Shown piece after piece: positions 52,541-60,302 of a DNA stretch of 64,000 nt. Below the pieces are notes generated by a model. The model did not search any database, was not told the DNA's origin, and saw nothing but the letters and a program-made list of their open reading frames with translations. Source of the DNA: a virus; IMG/VR virus record IMGVR_UViG_3300045988_173726, positions 128,001 through 192,000 of that record. The stretch is one strand, 5' to 3'. The translations under genes and the position numbers were made by a program. Position 1 is the first letter of the stretch. Each line of letters begins with the position of its first letter.

Positions 52541-54130
52541 GTGGCAATTAGTAATCCAAGTTTGAAAGCGTTACTGCAACAGCTCTGGAAAACGCCGTCC
52601 GAGCGTTTAGGGCTACTGCGTCAGACAGAGCCGTATAAGATTTGCTATATCGGTTCAGACTGTAGCAGTGCGAGAGAGTATAACGATGTTTTAGCGACTT
52701 TTAAGGAGAAGGCAGGAGAGGATAGCCGTCATACGCTGTTGTTTGATAACGAGATTCCGTTTAATGTGGATTTAGACTTTATCGGGACGGTAAAGCAGGG
52801 TTTGGCTACGGTAGATTTAACTGCAATTAAGGACAGCGATGTGGTAATGTTTGCGGATGCGAGCTATAATCACAGGTTTGTCCAGAAGTTGCAGGGGGTA
52901 GTCAATAAGATTCTGTCGAACGAGACATTTCCGAACGAGTCTGTCAAAGCAAACTTCATAACGAGGCTTCTCTTAGAGGTTTATACGCTTGTCGTGCCGC
53001 TTGAGAGAGTAGACGAGTATAGCACGCCGAATAAGTGTATCTATTACGGAAGTATAGAGAGGTATGCGGTATATTTCCTAATGCTACTGGCGGGTATGGG
53101 GTTTGACATCGTGTATATCAACCCGTTTGAGAAGCCAGATTGCTTAGATTTGCTGGGTGCAGAGCTCTCGGTAAGGAATACGCGGTATCAGATAGGTTCG
53201 CTTTCCGATAGGGCTTCAAAGGGACAGGCGATTCATCAGATAGACTCCGTGACGCTCGGATTTAGGCAGGAAGTAGAGAAAACAGTCTTTACGGATTCGG
53301 GTTTATTTAGACAGTGGCAGTTTAAGCATGGCGGGACGACAGAGAGTATGTTTCTGAACGCTACGGTCGAGGATTTAGAGAATAACTGGGACGCAGAGGC
53401 TAGAGTTCGGCAGGGTTTTGGGGTAGTCGGGAAGAAAGTAAAGATACCTACACTTTTCTACGAGGTAGACGGAGTTCACAGCGATGATAACGACTACTGC
53501 GCATTTGTCGGGAAGTTTGTCGGCGGGAAAGACACGCTTTTAATTTATGGTAAGCCCGAGGAGCTTCTGGATATAACGATTTCAGAGGATGATGTTCTAA
53601 AGATTTCGTTTTGCCAGAAGGGAGACGGAAGTTTTGACAGAGATATGCTAAAGGCGTTGCCGTTTTATCGGTATGCGCCGTATAACGATGACACAGAGGA
53701 CTTTATCTTAGACAAGATAAACGAGACGCTTTCAGATAGCACTCTGTTTTCGCGTCCCATTGTAGATAAGCGGGATAAAGTCGAGTTTGTTGCGATGTGC
53801 TTGCAGTTAAACAAGAAGTTAATGTATATGATAGACACATTTGACTTTCCTTTTGGGATTCCGAAGGTAGTTGCGTTTCTTGATAACGAGAGTTCGCTTA
53901 GTCAGCAGACTCCGTATATCTTAGGTTTTTTGCACAAGATAGGCTTTGACATACTTGTGTTAGCCCCTGCGGGGCTTTCAAATCTTTCGACATATGTGGA
54001 TAGGGGGCGATATAACTGTGTGAGATTAGCGGAGATGAAGTATGATGTGACCTTTGATAAGGTTTCCAGTCCAGAGGGCAGGAAGAAGTCGGCAAAGAAA
54101 GGTGTGCTTGCAAGTTTATTTAGTATTTAA
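52541..54130 (+). CDS. yceG: YceG-like protein of Ter-type clusters (assignment by size and synteny)
   Basis: 529 aa from GTG 52541 (SD GGAGAGGGAGGAAA). The track TTG 52508 precedes the SD. Sits directly upstream of telA, as B. subtilis yceG (~537 aa) precedes yceH. I cannot verify family membership from sequence motifs alone. Confidence 0.5.
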   Translation: MAISNPSLKALLQQLWKTPSERLGLLRQTEPYKICYIGSDCSSAREYNDVLATFKEKAGEDSRHTLLFDNEIPFNVDLDFIGTVKQGLATVDLTAIKDSDVVMFADASYNHRFVQKLQGVVNKILSNETFPNESVKANFITRLLLEVYTLVVPLERVDEYSTPNKCIYYGSIERYAVYFLMLLAGMGFDIVYINPFEKPDCLDLLGAELSVRNTRYQIGSLSDRASKGQAIHQIDSVTLGFRQEVEKTVFTDSGLFRQWQFKHGGTTESMFLNATVEDLENNWDAEARVRQGFGVVGKKVKIPTLFYEVDGVHSDDNDYCAFVGKFVGGKDTLLIYGKPEELLDITISEDDVLKISFCQKGDGSFDRDMLKALPFYRYAPYNDDTEDFILDKINETLSDSTLFSRPIVDKRDKVEFVAMCLQLNKKLMYMIDTFDFPFGIPKVVAFLDNESSLSQQTPYILGFLHKIGFDILVLAPAGLSNLSTYVDRGRYNCVRLAEMKYDVTFDKVSSPEGRKKSAKKGVLASLFSI

Positions 54131-54150
54131 CGCGAGAGAAGGAGAAGAGT

Positions 54151-55311
54151 ATGCAGTATAACGAGTTAGTTCCCGTAGAGCTTACGAAGCAGGAAGTTGC
54201 AGAGAGCAAGGAGATGTTGGATGCTCCCGAGGCGTATAAGGAGAAGTTAAAGGCTCTGCCCGAGGTGCAGAACTTAACGAATGAGATTAAGATTGATTTT
54301 AACAATGCGAACGGCACAGGAATGTCGATTCTCCAGTTCGGAAAGAAGCCCGCAGAGGAAATCGAGAAGATGTCTAACGAGATTCTTAACTATGTGAAGG
54401 TACCGACCGACACAGAGGCGGCTGAAATGATGAAGCAGCTTGCAAGGGTTATGAATCGGTTTGACATTAAGGAAATCGAGAAGATTAACGATATTCCTAA
54501 GAAAGAGAGCTTCTTTGACAAGATTCGGAAGCGCATGATGGAGAATCTTGATGCAGTAATCCAGAAGTATGACAATATGGGGAAAGAGGTAGACCGTATC
54601 GGTCAGTTGCTTCGAGGCTTTGAACAGCAGACGATTGATAGTAATGTGACGCTCACGAAGATGTGGAAAGCGAATCAGAACTATTTTTGCGAGCTTGAGA
54701 AGTATGTAGTAGCTTGCGACTTGGCAGTAGACGAGCTTACGCTTTATCGTTCTCGGGTGGAGGCAGATAACGAAACGCTGTCTCCCGATATGAAGAGTAT
54801 CCGTTTAGGTCAAATTGACATGGCTGTAAACGAGATTAAGAAGCGCCAGTACGACTTATTGCAAGCGGAGATGGTGGCAAGAATGACCGTGCCGATGCTC
54901 CAGAATATGCAAGTTACGAACATGAATCTGGTGCGAGAGATTAACGCGGCGTTTGTAGTGGGTCTGCCGATTTTCAAGCAGAATTTGGCGCAGGCTATTT
55001 TGCTTAAGAGACAGGCGATTGTAGCGAACTCGGTCGGGCAGTTTAGGGAAGCGCTTAACACACAGCTTGAGCAGAACGCGAATTACAGCGCAAAGACTGG
55101 AGCAGAGGTAGCAATGCGTTCTATGGACGGATTGTTTGACATGGATACGCTTAGACGGGTTTATCAGACGGTCAAAGAGGGAACTGCGAATGTGCAGAGA
55201 GCGATGGAGACGCAGATGTTGTCGAATGCGGAGAATGCAAAAGAGATTGAGCGCATGAAGCTTGAGACGAGGCAGGGTTCGTTGTCTGTGACAAAGCAAT
55301 ATGGCAAGTAA
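54151..55311 (+). CDS. telA: TelA/YceH-family toxic anion resistance protein
   Basis: 386 aa. SD GAAGGAGAAG. All-helical. N-terminal IDFNNANGTGMSILQFGKKPAEEIEKMSNEILNYVK matches the TelA family opening (..vlqFG..aq..l..fsd.iL..v). Ter gene context. Confidence 0.75.
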   Translation: MQYNELVPVELTKQEVAESKEMLDAPEAYKEKLKALPEVQNLTNEIKIDFNNANGTGMSILQFGKKPAEEIEKMSNEILNYVKVPTDTEAAEMMKQLARVMNRFDIKEIEKINDIPKKESFFDKIRKRMMENLDAVIQKYDNMGKEVDRIGQLLRGFEQQTIDSNVTLTKMWKANQNYFCELEKYVVACDLAVDELTLYRSRVEADNETLSPDMKSIRLGQIDMAVNEIKKRQYDLLQAEMVARMTVPMLQNMQVTNMNLVREINAAFVVGLPIFKQNLAQAILLKRQAIVANSVGQFREALNTQLEQNANYSAKTGAEVAMRSMDGLFDMDTLRRVYQTVKEGTANVQRAMETQMLSNAENAKEIERMKLETRQGSLSVTKQYGK

Positions 55312-55396
55312 AGCAGTAACGGAGAATACCTGTTATAAATCTTATGTACACACAGAGTATGGCTAATAAATTTATTTAAGGAGGAGTAGGGCTGTT

Positions 55397-56104
55397 ATGT
55401 TAGATTTCACGCAATATGACAAGAAGTCGCTTTCAAAGGTCGGAAATGTAGACTCAAGTTCGGTTCTGGTGCTTGAGAAGGATAGCATCTTGCGTCTTGA
55501 AAAGGACGCGCCGAGCTTACGGCACTGCACGGTTGGTTTAAGCTGGGATGCGGCGCAGGATGGCGCGGCTTCGGTAGATTTGGATTTGTCGGCGCTTTAT
55601 ATCGTCCCGAACGAGCGAATCACGAAGGCGAATGTGAACGAGCGTTTCTGTTATTACGGCAATCCGAATAACAGTGGTGACGGGAACTCGGTAAAAGGCA
55701 TTCTGCCGACAAAGTGCTATATGATACCTGGAACTTGGTCGGCGGGAGATGACAGATTTGGTAAGATTTCGGTCGGTAAGAACGATAACGAGGAAGTATA
55801 CACAAATCTTGACGAAGTTCCTGCAAATGTAGCGGGAATCTTGTATGTCGTAAGCGTCTTTAATCAGTACGAGGATAATCGTCCGAAGCAGACTTTCGGA
55901 GCGGCTAGAAACGCATATGTGCGTTTAATCGACCGCGACACGAACAAAGAGATTGCGAGATACAGTTTAACGGGTGATTACTCGACAGATACGGTGGTTG
56001 AGTTCTGCACGCTTGAGCGAGATGGTAACGGCTGGGTGTTCCATGCGCTTGGAAACGGTTCTATGGGTACGCTTATTGACATTGTGACAAAGTACGGAGC
56101 ATAA
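55397..56104 (+). CDS. terD: TerD-family protein 1 (divergent Ca2+-binding loop)
   Basis: 235 aa. SD AAGGAGGAG. LSWDAAQDGAASVDLDLSALYI and GILYVVSVFN, ARYSLTGDYSTDT, GNGWVFHALG are typical. The acidic loop reads GDDRFGKISVGKNDNEE instead of GD..TG.G.GDDE. Confidence 0.8.
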   Translation: MLDFTQYDKKSLSKVGNVDSSSVLVLEKDSILRLEKDAPSLRHCTVGLSWDAAQDGAASVDLDLSALYIVPNERITKANVNERFCYYGNPNNSGDGNSVKGILPTKCYMIPGTWSAGDDRFGKISVGKNDNEEVYTNLDEVPANVAGILYVVSVFNQYEDNRPKQTFGAARNAYVRLIDRDTNKEIARYSLTGDYSTDTVVEFCTLERDGNGWVFHALGNGSMGTLIDIVTKYGA

Positions 56105-56119
56105 GGGAGGATACGAGAT

Positions 56120-56824
56120 ATGTCGATTTTTGGTAAACTTTTCGGTAACGGGGAAGAGGAAGAGAAGAAGAGCGAGACGGCTCGTTCTGCGGGCTTTAGT
56201 GAAGCGGCAAGGGACAAGATTAAGGGCGTAGCGAAGCGAGAGGTTTTATTAAACCTTGAGAAGCCGTCTGTGATTAGCCTAGAGAAAGGTGACATTTTGA
56301 ATCTTTCAAAGGCGAATGTGCCGCTTAGTAAGATTCACGCGGCGGCAGGCTGGGATGCGGCAAAAGCGGGTCATATTGACTTAGACCTCTGCGCACACTT
56401 GTTTGCGGGTGATAAGCTTGTCGATACGGTTTATTTTGGGAATAAGCACAGTAAGCGGGACGGTATCTGGCTCGACCACGATAATCTGACGGGTGATGGA
56501 GACGGCGATGACGAGAACATCTATGTAAATCTTCACGGGCTTAGGGATGACGTGGATAGAATTTACTTGTCCGTTGTATCGTTTACGCATAACACATTTA
56601 ACGATGTGAAAAACGCATATGTTCGCTTGATTGACGAGAGCGGAAGAGAAAGAGAGCTTGCACGCTATGATATTTCAGCGGACGGAGGTAAGAATGACTC
56701 CGTGACAGCGGGTGCGTTTATCCGAGAGGGTAACGAGTGGAAGTTCCTTGCGATTGGGGAGTATAGCTATAACAACCAGAAGATTCGGGTTCTCGGAGAT
56801 AAGTTAGCCGAGGCGCTTAAGTAA
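56120..56824 (+). CDS. terD: TerD-family protein 2
   Basis: 234 aa. SD AAGGGAGG. AAGWDAAKAGHIDLDLCAHLF. HDNLTGDGDGDDENIYVNL. RIYLSVVSF. NAYVRLID. GNEWKFLAIG. Confidence 0.85.
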   Translation: MSIFGKLFGNGEEEEKKSETARSAGFSEAARDKIKGVAKREVLLNLEKPSVISLEKGDILNLSKANVPLSKIHAAAGWDAAKAGHIDLDLCAHLFAGDKLVDTVYFGNKHSKRDGIWLDHDNLTGDGDGDDENIYVNLHGLRDDVDRIYLSVVSFTHNTFNDVKNAYVRLIDESGRERELARYDISADGGKNDSVTAGAFIREGNEWKFLAIGEYSYNNQKIRVLGDKLAEALK

Positions 56825-56839
56825 AGGAGGGCATGAGAG

Positions 56840-57475
56840 ATGGCTATTGATTTTTCGATTTTGGATAAGAACGCACCGAAGCCGAGTGAGGTAACGGGAA
56901 ACGGTGGTAGTTCACCGATTAGCCTTGAGAAGAACAGCATTATCGACTTGAGCAAGGCGGCACCGAGCCTTAAGCGTGTAAAGTTTACAGGCGGTTGGGA
57001 TATTGCGAAGCAGGCAGGCGAGCAGTTTGACCTTGATATTTCTGTCTTCTGTGTAGACTATAAGGGTAAGGTCGGAGACTTAAGAACCGAGGCGGTCTGG
57101 TATTTGAATCTCGATAAGCGCGGAATCGTTCACAGCGCAGATAACAGAACAGGCGAGGGTGAGGGCGATGACGAGTATGTGAGCATCAACTTAGACGATG
57201 TGTCTCGTGACTATCAGAGGCTTCTGTTTACTGTTTCGATTTACGAGGCAGAGAAGCTTAAGCAGACTTTCGGTCGGGTGAGCAATGCGTTTACGCGCCT
57301 TGTAGATATGGATACAGGTCGTGAGATTGTTCGTTACAACTTAACGGGTGACTATTCCACCGATACTTTCCTGTTTGTCGGTGAGCTTGTGCGGAACGGT
57401 GACAGCTGGGCATTCCATACGATAGGGCAGGGAAGCAACGATAATCTCTTAACCTTCTGGGAGAGATATAAGTAA
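56840..57475 (+). CDS. terD: TerD-family protein 3
   Basis: 211 aa. SD AAAGGAGGG. GGWDIAKQAGEQFDLDISVFCV. SADNRTGEGEGDDEYVSINL. RLLFTVSIY. NAFTRLVD. GDSWAFHTIG. Confidence 0.85.
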   Translation: MAIDFSILDKNAPKPSEVTGNGGSSPISLEKNSIIDLSKAAPSLKRVKFTGGWDIAKQAGEQFDLDISVFCVDYKGKVGDLRTEAVWYLNLDKRGIVHSADNRTGEGEGDDEYVSINLDDVSRDYQRLLFTVSIYEAEKLKQTFGRVSNAFTRLVDMDTGREIVRYNLTGDYSTDTFLFVGELVRNGDSWAFHTIGQGSNDNLLTFWERYK

Positions 57476-57515
57476 GTAGCGGCGAGGTCGCATTAGGCAG
57501 TCACATGTTTAGGTA

Positions 57516-57550
57516 GCGGGGAGGCAGAAAAGTCTCCCCGCATTTATCGG
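57516..57550 (+). terminator. Hairpin between terD3 and the ATPase gene (weak terminator/attenuator)
   Basis: GCGGGGAG (57516-57523) pairs with CTCCCCGC (57534-57541). 10-nt loop, then ATTTATC. Poor T-tract. Confidence 0.4.
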
Positions 57551-57560
57551 GAGGTAAGAT

Positions 57561-60185
57561 TTGAAGTATACGGGATTAAGTAAAGAAGAGGTGCGTAAGT
57601 CTTACGAGGCGCATGGAAATAATGCGCTTTCGTCTAAAAAGACAGAGACTTTTCTTGAGATTTTAGTCGGGGCGTTTGACGACCCTTGGATTAAGGTGTT
57701 GCTTGCGGGTCTTTTGCTAAAGGTCGCGATTAACGTAGCATGTATGGTAAATCCGTCACTCGGGGAAGCGGACTGGATTGAGGTCGTATCGCTTGTTTTA
57801 GCGATTGGTCTTTCTACGGGAGTTGCGGCATTCTCGGAGTGGAAGAACGGGCAAGAGTTTAATGTCTTGCAGGAGCAAGCGTCAAAGATAGTCACGAAGG
57901 TTTATCGTGACGGCAGTTTGCAGGAAATCAGCATAGATGACATTGTTCTTGGAGATATAGTCCAGCTTCGTGCAGGAGACCAGATTCCTGCGGACGGTAT
58001 TATTCTGTCGGGAAGCCTAAAGGTAAATCAAGCGTCTCTAAACGGAGAGTCAGAGGATGCAAAGAAGCTAGAGCTTGGTGAGAATCCGCGTCCTACTGGG
58101 GATGACACTTTTAATCCGTTTATTTTGCTTCGCGGTTCGTATGTAACGGAGGGCGAAGCAGTGATGGAAGTCACGGCGATAGGTGATAAGACAATGCTTG
58201 GTTCTATCAACGTGGCGATACAGGAAGATGCAAAGGAGTCGCCGTCCAAGGAGAAGCTAACGAAGCTTGCGGGTCAGATAGGTGTTATGGGTTCTGCGGG
58301 CGCGATTGGTTATCTTTTAATCAATGTGGTGCTTGTGTCTGGCTTGGTTCGGACGATTCAGAAGCCCGATAACATCATCTTCTTTGCGATTCAGCTTATC
58401 ATGTACGCTGTGACTATCATTATTATGGCGGTACCAGAGGGTCTGCCGATGATGCTTGCGATGGTTGCCAGTATGAACAGCAGACGGCTTCTTTCCGAGA
58501 ATATTCTGGTAAGGAAGCCAGACAGCATTGAGACAGCGGGCTATATTGATATGCTGTTTTCGGATAAGACGGGTACGATTACAGAGGGTGTATTAAAGGT
58601 AGTAGACGTGCTACTGGGAGACGGCTTTGTTTATACGACAGGAGATACAGTTGGTAAGCAGTTTAAGAGTGCACCGGATAGCCTAAAGGCAGAGTTAAAG
58701 GCGGGCATTGGATTAAATAACGACTCTTCGATTTCAAACGGAGTAGCGATTGACTCAAATACGACAGACAGAGCACTCTTAAACTTTCTGTTTAGCTATG
58801 GACTTGTGCCAGATAGCAAGGAGAGCATTGTTTCTAAAGAGGCATTCACTTCTGCTACGAAGTTTGCTTCGGTTACGCTCGACTCGGGAGAGCTTTATAT
58901 AAAGGGTGCGCCAGAGATTATTCTAAAGGGCGTAACGAAGTATATGACCGAGGACGGAGAGGTAGCCGAGTTTACCAGAGAGGTTGAAGAGGGCTTTACG
59001 AGGGCTTCTGTTGAGCAGGCAAATCGTTCGATGCGGTTGTTGGCTGTTGTGAAAGAGGAGCAGGGCGTAAAGACGCTTATCGGAGCTGTCTGTATTCGAG
59101 ATAATGTCCGTAAGGGCATTAAGCAGACGGTCGAGACGTTAAATGGAGCTGGCGTGTCGGTTGTGATGGTGACAGGCGACAGAAAAGAGACAGCGGTAGC
59201 GATTGCGAAAGAGGCGGGAATTTACGCTTCGGAGTCGGATGTCGTGCTTACGCATGATGAGCTTGTCGGATTAACGGATGACGAGGTAAAGGCGGTACTG
59301 CCGAGGCTAAAGGTTGTTTCTAGGGCTTTGCCGATGGATAAGAAGCGCCTTGTGAATCTGGCGCAGGAGATGGGTGCGGTAACGGGCATGACGGGAGACG
59401 GTGTAAACGATGCGCCGTCCTTAAAGACTTCGGATGTCGGTTTTTCGATGGGAGACGGCACACAGGCGGCGCAGGAGAGTTCAGACATTGTGATTCTGAA
59501 TAACTCGCTGACTTCTATCGAGAAGGCAGTGCTTTACGGCAGAACGATGACGGAGAGCGTGAAGAAGTTTATCGTGTTCCAGCTCACGGTAAATGTAACT
59601 ACGATAGCGATGTCGCTGATTGCGCCGCTGATTGGTTACAAAGAGCCGTTCACGATTATCCAGATTTTGTGGATAAACTTAATCATGGACACGCTTGCGG
59701 CGCTTGCGTTTGGTGAAGAGCCGACCCTTGCACGGTATATGAAGAGACAGCCGATAGGACGGAAGGAGCATATCCTAACGAACTACATGAAGTCGGCTAT
59801 CGGGGTGTCGGGTGCGTTTATTGCTATTGTGTCGGCGGGCATTTTAGCGAACCTTGGAAATGTGCAGGGTGTATTTGATTTAAGCGGAAGCGAAGAGGTG
59901 CTGACTTTCATGTTCACATTCTTTATCTACGCGGTAATCTTTAACTCGCTCAATACTCGGAGTCACGGATTTAATGTGCTTGAGCATATCGGGCAGAATA
60001 AGAAGTTTATCTATGTGATGACTTCGATTGCGGTGGTGCAGTCGCTTATTATTGAGTTTGGCGGGCATGTGTTTAGCACAGTACCGCTTGACTTAAAGCA
60101 CTTTGGAATGGCTTTGTTGCTTGCATTCTTGATTATTCCCGTAGATATGGCGAGAAAGCTTCTTGTCGGTTCATACAAGGAGTAA
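57561..60185 (+). CDS. P-type ATPase, PMCA-type Ca2+ transporter
   Basis: 874 aa. TTG start with SD GGGAGG. DKTGTITEG. TGDGVNDAPSLK. TM4 VPEGLPMM. TM6 WINLIMDTLAALAFGEEP matches the PMCA signature NLIMDT..ALAL..EP. N-terminal LSKEEVRKSYEAHGNNAL. Confidence 0.85.
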   Translation: MKYTGLSKEEVRKSYEAHGNNALSSKKTETFLEILVGAFDDPWIKVLLAGLLLKVAINVACMVNPSLGEADWIEVVSLVLAIGLSTGVAAFSEWKNGQEFNVLQEQASKIVTKVYRDGSLQEISIDDIVLGDIVQLRAGDQIPADGIILSGSLKVNQASLNGESEDAKKLELGENPRPTGDDTFNPFILLRGSYVTEGEAVMEVTAIGDKTMLGSINVAIQEDAKESPSKEKLTKLAGQIGVMGSAGAIGYLLINVVLVSGLVRTIQKPDNIIFFAIQLIMYAVTIIIMAVPEGLPMMLAMVASMNSRRLLSENILVRKPDSIETAGYIDMLFSDKTGTITEGVLKVVDVLLGDGFVYTTGDTVGKQFKSAPDSLKAELKAGIGLNNDSSISNGVAIDSNTTDRALLNFLFSYGLVPDSKESIVSKEAFTSATKFASVTLDSGELYIKGAPEIILKGVTKYMTEDGEVAEFTREVEEGFTRASVEQANRSMRLLAVVKEEQGVKTLIGAVCIRDNVRKGIKQTVETLNGAGVSVVMVTGDRKETAVAIAKEAGIYASESDVVLTHDELVGLTDDEVKAVLPRLKVVSRALPMDKKRLVNLAQEMGAVTGMTGDGVNDAPSLKTSDVGFSMGDGTQAAQESSDIVILNNSLTSIEKAVLYGRTMTESVKKFIVFQLTVNVTTIAMSLIAPLIGYKEPFTIIQILWINLIMDTLAALAFGEEPTLARYMKRQPIGRKEHILTNYMKSAIGVSGAFIAIVSAGILANLGNVQGVFDLSGSEEVLTFMFTFFIYAVIFNSLNTRSHGFNVLEHIGQNKKFIYVMTSIAVVQSLIIEFGGHVFSTVPLDLKHFGMALLLAFLIIPVDMARKLLVGSYKE

Positions 60186-60195
60186 AATTTTTACG

Positions 60196-60229
60196 GGGCA
60201 GGGGATTTTTTCTCTGCCCTTTTTGTTTT
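60196..60229 (+). terminator. Rho-independent terminator
   Basis: GGGCAGGG (60196-60203) pairs with CTCTGCCC (60212-60219), 8 bp with one G-U, followed by TTTTTGTTTT. Confidence 0.75.
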
Positions 60230-60231
60230 CC

Positions 60232-60260
60232 TTGACAGTGAGAAAGTCTAAGTATATAAT
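60232..60260 (+). promoter_or_regulatory. Perfect consensus sigma-A promoter
   Basis: TTGACA (60232-60237), exactly 17-nt spacer, TATAAT (60255-60260), 42 nt upstream of ATG 60303. Confidence 0.85.
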
Positions 60261-60302
60261 AACTAGTGACAGTTAGCGTGTCGGTATGTAAGGAGACAGA
60301 GG

